From: Saprolegnia diclina VS20
Taxonomy: Eukaryota
DNA length: 48,213 nt
NCBI RefSeq assembly: GCF_000281045.1
Contig: NW_008246073.1
Span: forward strand, 294,791-343,003
Direction of reading: 5' to 3'
Shown here: piece after piece, positions 20,586 through 32,286 of the stretch
Layout: the number at the start of each line of letters is the position of its first letter
How positions within the stretch are numbered: position 1 is the stretch's first letter
The notes under the pieces: generated by a model
What the model was told of the DNA's origin: nothing
Seen by the model: only the letters and a program-made list of their open reading frames with translations
The model's database searches: none
Made by a program: the position numbers and the translations under genes

Positions 20586-22538
20586 TTAGTTAGTGCGCGC
20601 TACCGTGTAGACCCAGCGATGACCGTTGCTCTCAAGGTCGTACGTGTATCTCGCACACGCCATCGGCCCGGACGAGAGCGCGTCCAGTGTTCGGGCGACG
20701 GCCTACGCAACGCGTCAGCCTGTTGACACGAGAATGCGCATGCATACCAACGCCACGTCATCGATGCGGGTCGACGGGTGCACGTAACTAGACGTATCAA
20801 GTTGATACTATCCCAAGAACCCAGGTGTGTCGTACATGGAGAGGGCGGCGAGCGCTACAAGGTCGGCGCGCGAGCCGCCACTTGGCGGCAGTCGTGCGAG
20901 TGCATCTCGGGTGATGTTGATCCAGCCCACGGACGCCGCTGGCGGAAGGTCGGGCACGGCCACCAAGAGCGATGCGTCGTCGACGGGGCTGCCGTGCACG
21001 GGCAACAACGGCCCGACCGACGTTTGGTGCCCACTCGCCATGTCGTAATACCTACAGCCACCGCGTTCGTACTACGTCGAGGCGCATGCAGCGTCGTACG
21101 TAAAGGGCATGCTAGGCTTGCTGTAGCGCTGGCGGTCTTGCGCGTGGTACATGGCTTGCGATGGACGTTCGGTCTGCTGTGTCTTCTACAAGAGACCAGT
21201 TGCGACGTGGCTTTGTATCAACTTGATACCTCGGCCGTCTTGAACGTGTACGCGGGAGGCGTCGGCGCGCTGTCTTCTTCCACCCGCGGCCGCTTGGGCA
21301 CTCCCTTGTGGGCCCGAGCCACGCGCAAAATGGCCCTGTCGTGTCCATGAGACGTGGCAAATCGCCAAAGAGCCGTGTACGCGTGGGGTTGCAAGCTCGG
21401 GTCCACTTCGGTCAACGGCGAGCGGAAGAGGCGCTCGAGGTGCAAGAGGCGCACCGACTCGTCCATGCTGTCTTGCGCATCTGGTGGGCATCATTAGCAA
21501 GCACGACTCGGCGCTGTCTACCTTGTCGCCATGTAAACGTCTCGCCGACGGGATCGAACGCCACAGACGGAACGTCCCAGCCGTGGGCGCCGCCCGCAAA
21601 CGCGGTCGAAACTATCGGCTGGGACAGAAACACGAGGGCGCTCTCAATGTACAGGCGCGGCGTCAGCTCGGGCACTGATTTTCGCTGTGAGAAATGCAAT
21701 GGCTGACGGGACGCGTACCGTTGACGCCGTCCAAGGCCGGGGTCCACGCGTGCTCCGCCAGCAGCATGTCGCAGATATCGCTTGCGGTGCGCGGTATCGT
21801 ATGCAGTGCTGAGCGAATCGCGAGAAAGAGCGACGGGGCTGACGGCCGGATCTCGTCGATGACGGCCGGTGCGGAGGCAGGTAGCGCCATCTACGCGCCG
21901 TGAGCCGCGCGGCAAACCATGGAGATTGTACCGGTGTCGAGAGTGCTTGCTCGTCCAGCGACATGGGCTCGCGCAGCAGCTGCGCGCGGTGCGAGAGGAT
22001 CGAGGCGGTGATTGACGACGCGTACTCAGTGCGCGCCCACTCGAACGCGACCCGCTCGTCCCGGATCCGCGCGCTGCGTGCGGCGCTTGGAAAGCTGAAC
22101 CGCGTAAGCAGGTTGCCAAAGTTGACGTTGGCGCCGGCAAGAAGCTGCCGCACGTTCTCGGCGGCCGCGTCGTCGGACGACAAGCCCCACCAGCCACTCA
22201 AGTCGGGCAGCGTCGGGAGCAAGCTTGCACGCTCGGCCGGCGTGAGCCGCATCCACATGTCTGGCGGCAGCAGCGACAAGAGGTTTACAGGCGGCGCTTC
22301 AACTAGACACGTTTCCATGAACTGCAGTGGTCGTGGCAGTAGGCGTGTACCGCCAACGTCGTCGGCTGCCAACGGCCGACAGGCAGGCAATGTCACGAGC
22401 GCTAGATAGACAGCGTCAGTCTGCGCATCGAATGCTTGCGTAGCATGACGTACTCGGGACACGCGCGCGGAACGGGACGTCCATGTCCACGTCCGAGTCC
22501 GAGTAGTCCGAGTCCAGCGGCTTGGTGTCGCGGGCCAT
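20586..22538 (-). CDS. NFRKB: NFRKB/INO80G-like chromatin-remodelling subunit, multi-exon
   Basis: DEUBAD-like LSLLPPDMWMRLTPAERASLLPTLP..QLLAGANVNFGN; winged-helix-like IESALVFLS..FDPVGETFTW; C-terminal RDALARLPPSGGSRADL and RTLDALSS..YD..RW, matching NFRKB RDAAARLP.GEGTRA and GALDRL. Confidence 0.75.
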
Positions 22539-23321
22539 CGCGGCCTCGAAAAAATGGCGAAATCTTAGCACTGCGGAATTGTATTATTATCATTTCCCAC
22601 CCACAGATTTCCCACAGTGGTTTTCACGTGTTCATGTGAGAAATAAAACCACACAGAGAGAGCTGATGGCGACCCACCCTCCCACCCTGTCAATGTGATC
22701 GTTGTCGGTATTTCCTCGCAGACGGCCGAGCAGATTTGGGGGGTAACGAATGTATTGGTGCCCCGCCTGCCCAGTGGTGGGCGAGGTGGGTTAGCTAATT
22801 TGCTACGGGCTGCAAAAGGCGGAATGATCAGAGCGAGCGGGACCGCTTGTTTCGCTGCTTGGACTTCTGTGTTCTGTGCTTCTGTGCTTCTGTTGTTCGT
22901 GACTGCTCGTCCCATCGCGCGGAAAACCTCTTTCTCTTCTTGAAAATGGTCCTATTGTCGGTACCGGTAGCGACGACCTATGGACACCGGTCGTTTCCGT
23001 GGCGGCTGTGTAATCAGGATATTCGTTGTCGCTCTAGTTGTCGTGTTGTCCTCCCTAGTAGGCACAAGGTTAGGTCTCCCAGCCCTAAAGCGAGAAAAAG
23101 GTTGATGCGATGAGGCAATAGGACAAGAATAATGCATTCGACGTGCGATCTTGCTAGCGCAGCTATGAGCTATATGTCATACAACATTGGTCTAGCGACT
23201 TTGGCGGACAGCCGTCCGTTCTTCGGTTTCGCGCATGTGGCCGTTTCGCATCAACACCAACAATGGACGGTCAGGACGCGTCAACATGTCTTCATGTTGA
23301 AGGTAAATGGAGTACGTGGTC

Positions 23322-23882
23322 TTAGGTGACTGGCTTGTAAAGGAACGGTGGTACAAAGGTCGAGATCACATTCTTGCACACGAGCTTGAGAAACCCCTCG
23401 CTGTTGTCCGTCCCTGCCGCGTAGCGGTAGCCTATGCTCAACAACGCCTGAAGCGTGGCTGTAATCACTTCGTCGCGGACAAAGGCGAGTACGACGAGGC
23501 GGGAGCTTGTCGCCCGCGGCGGCGGGCGAATGTGAATGAGCAGGAGCAGCTTGACGCCATTCACGATCTCGTCGTTGGCCGCGTGGAAGTCGCGCACGTC
23601 CACGCGACGGAGGCACGCAATGACCGCGGGGTTGACCAGCGCCACAAGCACGAGAAGCACGCTGGTTGGGATCGCGACGGGCCATGGCAGCCAAGACCAC
23701 ATGCACGTCGAGAGCGCCACCACCACGCACGTCGTCACGGGGTTGGCGACACTGCGGCGCAAGAGCTCCCAGACGGCAGAGTCGGAACCAGCATAGTAGA
23801 GGAAAAGCACAGCGACCTGCATGGCAAGCGGTGACGGCAAGGCGAGCCAGGCGACGACGACGGCGATCATTTCGTGAAGCAT
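23322..23882 (-). CDS. Hypothetical membrane protein (186 aa)
   Basis: ATG at 23882, several hydrophobic segments, coding-like codon usage. Confidence 0.55.
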   Translation of the reverse strand: MLHEMIAVVVAWLALPSPLAMQVAVLFLYYAGSDSAVWELLRRSVANPVTTCVVVALSTCMWSWLPWPVAIPTSVLLVLVALVNPAVIACLRRVDVRDFHAANDEIVNGVKLLLLIHIRPPPRATSSRLVVLAFVRDEVITATLQALLSIGYRYAAGTDNSEGFLKLVCKNVISTFVPPFLYKPVT

Positions 23883-24043
23883 GGAGCAAGCAAGTCGAAT
23901 CGATGTCTGCCATCTCTGCACCAGGCTTCCATCTTGCCCCGTCGAGGCGTCTGAGGTGGCTAGTGCAGGGTGCAATGCGGTACATCTCGCCCGTGGCAGC
24001 TGCCATCGCGCCGTCTCGTCATGCGGCGTGATTGCCCGAAGTG

Positions 24044-25072
24044 ATGACGAATCGACGCGTGCGACCGGTGCTGCTGGCGCTCGTGGTGCTGGCGGTCGCA
24101 TGGGACATCGCCCATACAGGCCTTCTGCTTTGGGACGCCGTCGCCTGCCTCGGCGTCATGCAGATCGCAATCTATGTTACGCCGGCCCGCCGCGTGCTCG
24201 TGAACCATGACGACGACGACGACGACGATGCGGATGTCATCTATCTCGGGACCTTGCCGCCGCCGCCGCCAACCGTGTGGCAGCATTTCGTCCAGAAGCA
24301 GCGCGCCGCGCTTGCGTGGAGCTCAACCACACCGTGGACGGCGCTGCTTTGGTGCTTTGCGTCCGTATACGCGGCCGCAGCGCTTCTTGCGGCTGCCCGC
24401 CTCGTGGCAAAATCGCTCGGGTGCACGTTGCCAGGGCTCGAGCTCGTGTTGCAGGCTATCGGTGACTTTATGGACTCGTAGCCGCTACTTTCAATGCAAA
24501 CTTGGTTGCTTCCATGTGTGGTATGCTACAGGGACAGAGCTCAGGGACAGCTCGCCACACGGCTTCGCAGGCTCGAGGCGCTGGCAGCCGGGAGGATAGG
24601 GTTGCGTATGGTGGGAATGACGCGATCGGTCGACGGAGATGCGACACAGGCGGCACAGCTGAGTCGCCAAATGATCGCCATCGAGGGTATTGCTGCGGCG
24701 CTGCTCGCGGGTACCGCCGTGCGTCTGATGTTGCTTGCTGCCCGCGGTACCTTGCGCTGCGCTACCTTGTGGTTGTCGCTCCTGCCACATATCTTCGCCC
24801 TGGGCCTCTATGTCGTCGTGACGCCGGTCGCCGGTCCGAAGCCACCTCGCAACCCGGGTCGACTGCGCCGCCGCCATCGGGTGCTTACGTACTTCTGCCG
24901 TGCCGGAAAGCACGTTGCGCAGCTGGCGCTGGGCATTCCACTGGAGCTTCTGGGACGTTTGGCGTGGACAGGGGGCTTCAACATCTTTCAGGCTTGGCTC
25001 GTCCCGTCCAGCAGCACGAGCAACGACGTCCTCTGCACTGCGCTTCAAGACGCCGTGCGTGCATTCTTCTAA
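24044..25072 (+). CDS. Hypothetical membrane protein, 2 exons, with poly-Asp and poly-Pro tracts
   Basis: ORFs 24032-24481 and 24494-25072 are joined by a short gtagcc..ctacag intron; hydrophobic helices throughout. Confidence 0.6.
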
Positions 25073-25281
25073 AGCCTGATGTGCGATGTGCTAGCCGACG
25101 GGATCCTTCCACGATCTGCTCGTATCATGGCGGTCGCCGCGAACAACGAAATGCACACTACGAGTAATACCATACATCCAGCCGAAACGAACGCTGCATG
25201 GGCTGGAAGGATCGAAGCATTGGTGTACCTTTGCAGAGGCGGCGATCGTGGTAGCGGAGCGTTGTCGTCGCCGGCGAACGT

Positions 25282-25626
25282 CTAATCACCTCGGAAACGG
25301 TGCTCCGGGAGATGGTGCAAGCGGTACAGAAGGACGAGACCGTGCACGGGCTCCATGACCAACTTGGAGAAGACGATGAGTAGACACAGAACCGCCTGCC
25401 CACGCGCCTCGATGTGCTCGATCTCTGGCAAGCGCGAGGCCAAGAGGATGACGAGGGCGAGTACGGTCCATGCGAGGAGGACATCACCTACGTGTGCAGC
25501 GGTGCAATCGAAGATCTCGTCCATGGCGCTCGACAGCATCGCTTTGAGCATCGGGCGCGCGGCTTTCTCCAGCTGATCGACGCCGACCTTGAGGAGCGCG
25601 TTGGCGGTCAATGCGACCGTCTGCAT
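25282..25626 (-). CDS. Small hypothetical membrane protein (3' end uncertain)
   Basis: ATG at 25626 (MQTVALTANALL...) with two hydrophobic segments; CCAAT/ATTGG boxes upstream at about 25671-25718. Confidence 0.5.
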   Translation of the reverse strand: MQTVALTANALLKVGVDQLEKAARPMLKAMLSSAMDEIFDCTAAHVGDVLLAWTVLALVILLASRLPEIEHIEARGQAVLCLLIVFSKLVMEPVHGLVLLYRLHHLPEHRFRGD

Positions 25627-25810
25627 GGTCGTCGTCTGGCTGACGGCAAAATTGAAATGAGCCCTTCTGGCCAATCCAGGCATCACGACGCACTTGATTG
25701 GTTTAAATCCAACCAATCCACGGCGTCCTTTCCCCACCAAGATACGCTTTTGCGATGGTGACCAGCGACAAGCACCCATGCAAGACATTATGTTGGTACT
25801 ATATATGTAT

Positions 25811-27273
25811 CTAGGCGTTGATCTTGGCCTTCTTGGCGGGCGGTGCATCGGTGCTCTTCTTGTCGTCATCGCCTTGCGCCAAAAAGGTCGCAAGCGTCGC
25901 CTCGAGATGCGCGAGTGGGACCATCGGCGTCGTCTCGTGGCCAGTGAACGGCACGACGCGGTCACCATCCAAGTTGACTTGCACGAAGAGCTCGTTCGTG
26001 CTCGGCTTCTTGTAGATCTCAACCGCGGTGGTCGCCGCATAGAGCGGGAACACGTTCCCGACGCGGAGGGCAAGCGCGTTCCAAAAGGCAATCAGCGAGC
26101 TGTCGTGCACTGCGAGCAGCGTCAGCTTGTGCGTCTTGGTAGCCTACAGTATCCCACGATTACAAAAAAGGCTTCAATTTTAGAGGAAATTTCGAGGCTC
26201 GAAGCACGTACCTCGCGCGTCACGGCGGCTACCAAATCGGCAAACTCGCGCATGCCACGGCTAAACCCGCGATAGCAGTCGCCAGCGTGGCCAAAGAGCG
26301 CGTGGAACTCCCACGTGTTGTAGTCGACGATTTTGTCGTAAATCTCCTTGGGCATTTCATTCGGAAACGGTACTGTATGGGCGTTGCGACACACGAGCAC
26401 CTCGCGCACTATTCCAATGTTAGGATATACCAATGGATGGAGGGCGTGACGCACGCGACGTGTAGCAAATGTGGTCCGACGGCGCAATGCCAATGATGCG
26501 GCGGACGTCAGCATCGAGTGCCGCGGTGTCGCCAATGTGACTTGGGATCGGCGCGAGCGTGGCGGCGAACGCTGGGTCCTTGTAGCGGGCGAGGAGCGTG
26601 CCGTACTCGGCCTGCGTGTACGTGGGCTCGAGCGACACGACTTGCGCAGTCCGGATAAAGAGCTTGGCCGCGTCGTCTTCGGACGTCGGCACGAACTCGG
26701 GCAAGAGGCCGTGGAGAAGACTCTGGCACGACCGGATCGTTCGGCGCACGTTCGTCGACCGAATGTACACGTCGTTCGGCGCGATTGCGTCGAGAAAATG
26801 CGCGTACTGTTCCCGCATCTTGCGGCCTTTGGCCTCCATTTGGTCCAAGCCCCACTGCGTGAGCTGGCCGTTGGGGTACACGCCGCCATCGCGCGGGTCC
26901 TTGGGCGGCGGCAGGTGGGTTTCCATGCCCACGACCTTGGCGATACGGCCGAGTCCTACATGCAAATATCAAGGTCTTGCAGGCCATCGAGTCACATGCA
27001 CGTACGGGCAATCGTGTCGTCCGTCGGCAGCTTGGAGATCCAAAACTCCTTCTCAGCGGCGTCCATGACGAGGTGCTCGCCGACCTGCGTCGTGATGGGG
27101 GAGCGGTCGCCGTGCCGGAAGAGCAGCATCACATGCACGAGCTCAAGGTCGTCGCCTGTCGCGGCCGCTGGCGCCGTGGCCGACTTCTTGGCAGCCTTCT
27201 TGCGCGGGGTCGTCGCCTTGGCGGGGCTCTTGGCAGCCGCCACGGGGCTGCGTCCACTGCGTGTTGTCACCAT
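25811..27273 (-). CDS. Branch-2 histidine acid phosphatase (ACP6-like), multi-exon
   Basis: FRHGDRSP catalytic motif, GQLTQWG, YIRSTNVRRT and C-terminal HDSSL. No signal peptide. Confidence 0.9.
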
Positions 27274-28328
27274 CCTCGGAAGTTCAATCTGAACCGTTCA
27301 CCCATCGCGGGATCGTCCGGATACGGCGTTGATGGGCATCCCGTATTCGGTATTCCCGAGGCTATACGCACGCAACCTTTGCATGCTACCGCTCTCGCAG
27401 TGCGCGCTACGTGCCTGCGCACGACCTGTACAGGTCTGAAACAATGCTTATCGTGGTGTTATATTGTTGCGCTGTCGTTTTAGCAGGTAGCGCGGCCGAC
27501 AACGATGACTTGGTTACCCGGTCTTTACGGCAAAGTGGCGTCCAAGTAGACAGTGCGCGTCTGCGACACACTGGGCGAATCAGCGCGCGGAACGACGTGT
27601 TGAAGTTGTTGCTTGTCAGAAGGACGGCTCGGTCGACGGCCGCATCAACGACAGTCACGGTATAAATTTAGCGAGGCACCTGGCCACCTCTTGTCGGACC
27701 TCGACGTGGTCGTCAGCTTCTCCACCTCGTATCCCTGGTGCACGGTGCACTACAACCCAACACGGCGCCTGTCTGCAGCCATCACATCGTCGTCGTGATC
27801 GCCTTGTTCCATCACCTCGTATCTCGATCTGCCTCGCTCCCGCCATTCGTGGTTGTCTTTGCGGCCACACAAGGACGCGGCTTGATTTTGCAAGCCAAGA
27901 TGCGCAGCGTCCCACGCAGTCGCATCGGTACAGCGTTGGCAACACGTTTGGTTGAATCTCTTTGTGTCTCTACATCCGCCCCGCACGGCCGCCTTGGCTC
28001 CGAGTCGCCGCACTCTCCACCGTTGTGCTAGCGTTGGCGCGCGCGTCTCGCAGCCGTCACGCGTCCTCGCGGCTCTAACGCACAGCTCGCATCACGGTCG
28101 AGACTTGGCGCTGGGAGGCGGAAGCCACCTGGCAGCGCGTTGGCCAATGGCCTTTGGATTAGATAACGTGCCAGATTCGAGGCACCGCGGCGGGTGGTCC
28201 AACATATACGATTTGAGAGGTGCGCATCTCGGATTCCTTGCATACAAACGCCAAGTACGGCGAGGCGGCCACAGAAAAAAAGGCTGCATTGGCACTCGGA
28301 CTCCAGTCACACTCTCACCGCCGGCCCG

Positions 28329-28988
28329 ATGAAGTTTGGGAAGGAGCTCCTCAACTCGGTCAACCAGAGCAACCCCGAGTGGGGTCCGTTCTGGATGAAC
28401 TACAAGGTGCTCAAGAAGCGCATCAAGGCCGTCGTCGCGGCCGCCAAGCCGCCGAGCGTGAGCGACAACAAGGAGGCCGAGCTCACGCAGAACCAAGAAG
28501 AGATCGAGTTCTTCATGGAGCTCCGCGACCAGCTGCGGAAACTCGCTTGCTTTTACGTCTCGGAAGAGAAGCGGTACCTCTTCCGCTTCCATCAGCTCCA
28601 ATCGGTGCTGCGCGAGATGAAGAAGAAGACGTCGGATGTCGACGAGATGGACGCCAAGCGCCTCATGCTCGCGTTTGTGCACTTTTACCGCGAGTGCATC
28701 CAGCTCGAAAACTACGCGGTCATGAATTACCAAGGCTTCTCCAAGATCCTCAAGAAGCACGACAAGATGACCGGCCACAACACACGAACCAAGTACATGC
28801 GCAAGATGGTCAACCAGTCGCCGTTTGCCAACTACCCGCAGCTCATTACGATGCTCGAGAACACCGAGCGCATGTTTGCCGAGATCCCTGTCGGCGACTC
28901 GGTCATGCAGACCGCGATGCACATGGCCACCATGATGGGCGCGCCGTCGACGTCATCTGCCAACGACGAGCCCATGCCAGCGACATAA
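28329..28988 (+). CDS. SPX-domain-only protein (inositol pyrophosphate/phosphate sensor family)
   Basis: MKFGK start, NYKVLKKRIK phosphate-binding cluster, LENYAVMNYQGFSKILKKHDK lysine cluster. Confidence 0.93.
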   Translation: MKFGKELLNSVNQSNPEWGPFWMNYKVLKKRIKAVVAAAKPPSVSDNKEAELTQNQEEIEFFMELRDQLRKLACFYVSEEKRYLFRFHQLQSVLREMKKKTSDVDEMDAKRLMLAFVHFYRECIQLENYAVMNYQGFSKILKKHDKMTGHNTRTKYMRKMVNQSPFANYPQLITMLENTERMFAEIPVGDSVMQTAMHMATMMGAPSTSSANDEPMPAT

Positions 28989-29109
28989 GCGCTCGACCCC
29001 ACCATCTATTAGGCACCACACTATGTATACGCGGTCCCACTTAGCTAACTCTGTACGAAAGCAAGACCGTCGACAAACTAGTGTTGATGCAGATTACAGG
29101 GTTAGGTAC

Positions 29110-32100
29110 TTACAAGTAGAGCGACGCGGCGAAGACGATATCGCGCTTGATCTTCTTGCCGCCTTCTTCAAACTTGGCCTCGAGCTCGGCGTTACCGATC
29201 GAGTGCGCGGCCAGCGTGAGCTGGCGCAAAAGCTCCTCGAGGCGCCGAATGAGACGGATGATCGAGCCCTCAAACTGGTCGGTCATCTTGCAGATCTGGC
29301 TAAACTTGGCGCCTTCGCACCACGCGATCAAGACGTCGACCATGTTGGTGTTGAACGACGCCGCGTACTCTTCCACGTCGATCGTGATGTTGGCGTCCTG
29401 CATCGTCTTGGCCACACGCCGGGCCGTGTCGCGCAATGTGCGCACGGGCGCCTCGAGCGCCTCGGCGGTCGGCGGCTTTTGCCCGTCCTTGACCTTTTCC
29501 GTGTTGATCAGGCAGCTCAGAAGCGCGACCGTCTCCTTCACGCCGAGGTCGTTGAACGCGCCGTTGAAGATGAGCTCCGTCACGAGGAGCTCGTCGGCGG
29601 TCGAGACCTCGCAGGCCGTCCGGCCCTTCCGGCCAATGACGTTGTCGGCCGTGACAAACTCGAGGCGGCGCAAGACGCGCTTCCGGCGCCGGAGGTCGTC
29701 CTTCAAGACGAGCGTCTGCGAGTCCTTGATCTGGCGCTCGAGCTCGCGCACCTTGGCTTCGCACTCCATCTTCTCGGCGTACAGCGCAAAGCGCGAGCCC
29801 GGTTCCGCGTGGATCGGTGATGCGAGCATCGCCGCCTGCGCGTCGTTGGCCTTCGCGACCAGCTTCTTGAAGCCCACGTCGTCGATTGCCATGTCCTCGA
29901 TCGGGTCGAGGAGCGGGACGCCCTGCGGGAACCGGCGCATGACCTCGGCGAGCGACTTGGCGACTGCGACGCGCGCATCGAGCGGGCGGAGGTCCTTGGG
30001 AATGTACACGCGGAGCGACGAAAGCACGTCGATACGGGCGAGCGGCACGGGGCAGATCTTCATCTCCGACTCGCGGGTCGTCCACGAACCCGGTGCCGCG
30101 GGTTCGGGCTCGGCTTTGTCGACGCCGGCGCGGCAGTTGAGGAGCACATGCACGACCGTCGCCGTGTCGGACGCTTGCGCCGCGTCCGGGTTGGTCTTGA
30201 GGCCCGACTCGAAGTTGACAATGACGCCATAGTCCCACGGCGCGCCCGTGCTGTGGACCTTGACGAGGCGGCCGGCGTTCAGAAACGGCACCACGTACTT
30301 GGGCTCGTTGCGGATCGCGCGGAGGTCGTCGGCGTACTTGGCGACGCTGCGCGAGAGGTAGTAGTACTCGGCAACCTCGGGTTCATTGGGAATCTCGATC
30401 GCATCCTTCTCCTCCAAGACGCGGGCGAGCGCGTCTTCCAACCCTGGCGCGGCTTGCTCGTTCTGGAACTGGTGAAAACTCTGCTTGATCATGTACTCGG
30501 GGTTGGCGTCTTCGACGCGGAGCAAGTTGAGAAGCATGTTGTAGCCGAGGTGGAAGCTGGAAAAGAGCGGGTCGGCCTGGCCGTACAAGATGCCCTTGGC
30601 GACCTGCGGCTCCATCTTGTCCGAGAGCATCTGGATGACGATACCGCGGGCGTCCTTGGAGCGACGACCGGCGCGGCCCGACATTTGAATGTACTCGCCG
30701 GACGTGATCCAGCGAAAGTCGTTGCCGTCGTACTTGCGGCAGTTGGTGAACACGACAGTTTTGGCCGGCATGTTCAAGCCCATCGAGAACGTCTCGGTCG
30801 CAAAGAGGCACTTGAGAAGCCCTTCGCCAAACATGATCTCGATGACTTCCTTGAGGATCGGGAGGAGGCCGCCGTGGTGAATGCCAATGCCGCGTCGCAA
30901 GAGCGGCAGGATCGAGTCGACCTGCGGAAGGCACTTGTCGTCGTCGCTGAGCGAGTCGATCGCGTTCTTGAACACTTGGTCGACCATGGTCTTTTCTTCG
31001 TCGGTCGTAAAGTCGAGCTTGGAGAGGAGGAGCGCATACGCTTCGCACTCGCGCTTCGAGAAGGAGAAGATAATGACCGGGTCGTACTGCCGCTCCATGA
31101 CGAGCTTGACGATGCGGAAGACGTCGGCGCCAATCTTCTTTTTCGGGTTCCCGCCCGTCTTTTTGGCGCCCTTCTTGGCGCTTTGGTCGGCCGGCTCGGG
31201 CTCCATGGACGCCGAGAGCGTCGCCATGGCCTTTTGGAAGTTGTCTTCGCGGAACTTGCCCTTCTCGTCGACGACAAGGTGGAGCCCGTCGCCGCCCGCG
31301 GGGAAGACGTAGTGCTGGAGCGGCGTCGGGCGGTAGTCCGTGTACACAACGTGGCACGGCTGGTGGTGGATGTGGCAAATCCAGGACGCAAACTCCTTCG
31401 AGTTGGGAATCGTCGCCGAGAGGAAGACGAACCGGACCTTGTGCGGAAGGAGAATGATGCTTTCCTCCCAGACCACGCCACGCTCCTTGTCGCGCATGTA
31501 GTGGATCTCGTCGTAGATGACCCACGCGACTTCGCGCATGACCTCGGACCCGCGGTAGAGCATCGAGCGCAGGATCTCGGTCGTCATGATGAGGCACGTG
31601 GCCGTCGGGTTGATCGTAATGTCGCCTGTCATCAAGCCCACGTCGCCAAACTCTTGCTCGAGGTCGCGGTACTTTTGGTTCGAGAGCGCCTTGATCGGCG
31701 ACGTGTAGATGACGCGCTGCTTGTCACGGAGCGACTTGGCGATCGCGTACTCGGCGACAGCTGTCTTACCGGCCGACGTGTGCGCCGAGACGAGGACGCT
31801 CTCGCCCTTCTCAATGTAGTCGACCGACTGCTGCTGGAACGGGTCGAGCGTGAACGGGTACTTCTTGGCCGGCACAAAGTCGTCCGGCAGCGTCGGCGCC
31901 ACGTAGTCCGGCGGCAGCGCCGAGAATGAGATGAGGTTCTTCTTCTGCGTACCGGTTGCGCAGTGCACCTCGTCCTTGGGCGCTTCGACGTTCTGCACGA
32001 CTTGCACTTGGATGCGCTTCGTGGCGGGCAGCGTGGCCTCGTCGGCCTTGCGCTTCAAGGGCGCGGCCGCCGTCGGCGTCGGCGCCGTCGCCAGCGCGGC

Positions 32101-32163
32101 CTGCTCGGCCGTCGACAGCGTCTGCGTGTCGTCAAAGGCGCCAAAGAGGTCGAGGTCGTCCAT
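29110..32163 (-). CDS. MTR4: Mtr4/SKIV2L2 exosome-associated DExH RNA helicase, intronless
   Basis: AHTSAGKT, TSPIKALSNQK, DEIHY, LSAT, HHGGLLP, ATETFSMGLNMPA, QMSGRAGRR and C-terminal IKRDIVFAASLYL. Confidence 0.97.
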   Translation of the reverse strand: MDDLDLFGAFDDTQTLSTAEQAALATAPTPTAAAPLKRKADEATLPATKRIQVQVVQNVEAPKDEVHCATGTQKKNLISFSALPPDYVAPTLPDDFVPAKKYPFTLDPFQQQSVDYIEKGESVLVSAHTSAGKTAVAEYAIAKSLRDKQRVIYTSPIKALSNQKYRDLEQEFGDVGLMTGDITINPTATCLIMTTEILRSMLYRGSEVMREVAWVIYDEIHYMRDKERGVVWEESIILLPHKVRFVFLSATIPNSKEFASWICHIHHQPCHVVYTDYRPTPLQHYVFPAGGDGLHLVVDEKGKFREDNFQKAMATLSASMEPEPADQSAKKGAKKTGGNPKKKIGADVFRIVKLVMERQYDPVIIFSFSKRECEAYALLLSKLDFTTDEEKTMVDQVFKNAIDSLSDDDKCLPQVDSILPLLRRGIGIHHGGLLPILKEVIEIMFGEGLLKCLFATETFSMGLNMPAKTVVFTNCRKYDGNDFRWITSGEYIQMSGRAGRRSKDARGIVIQMLSDKMEPQVAKGILYGQADPLFSSFHLGYNMLLNLLRVEDANPEYMIKQSFHQFQNEQAAPGLEDALARVLEEKDAIEIPNEPEVAEYYYLSRSVAKYADDLRAIRNEPKYVVPFLNAGRLVKVHSTGAPWDYGVIVNFESGLKTNPDAAQASDTATVVHVLLNCRAGVDKAEPEPAAPGSWTTRESEMKICPVPLARIDVLSSLRVYIPKDLRPLDARVAVAKSLAEVMRRFPQGVPLLDPIEDMAIDDVGFKKLVAKANDAQAAMLASPIHAEPGSRFALYAEKMECEAKVRELERQIKDSQTLVLKDDLRRRKRVLRRLEFVTADNVIGRKGRTACEVSTADELLVTELIFNGAFNDLGVKETVALLSCLINTEKVKDGQKPPTAEALEAPVRTLRDTARRVAKTMQDANITIDVEEYAASFNTNMVDVLIAWCEGAKFSQICKMTDQFEGSIIRLIRRLEELLRQLTLAAHSIGNAELEAKFEEGGKKIKRDIVFAASLYL

Positions 32164-32286
32164 CGCGAGTTCTACTTGTGGCAGCTTCGGACCAGTGCTT
32201 TCGAAAAACCACGCAGGATTGGTCAAAACTCGAACCAATCATCGACGCGACCATTCAAGTTGCATTCTATTATTATTATCGCACCA

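Noticed and set aside
22600..23280. Lower-GC intergenic block with short ttctgtg(c) repeats at about 22864-22896, considered as a possible LTR or TE remnant
   Set aside because: No terminal repeats, primer-binding site, target-site duplication or transposon-protein similarity is recognisable.
30148..31929. Long antisense ORFs (593 aa over MTR4; also 572 aa over GH81 and 751 aa over CTR9)
   Set aside because: These are shadow ORFs expected opposite GC3-rich coding sequence and carry no recognisable motifs.
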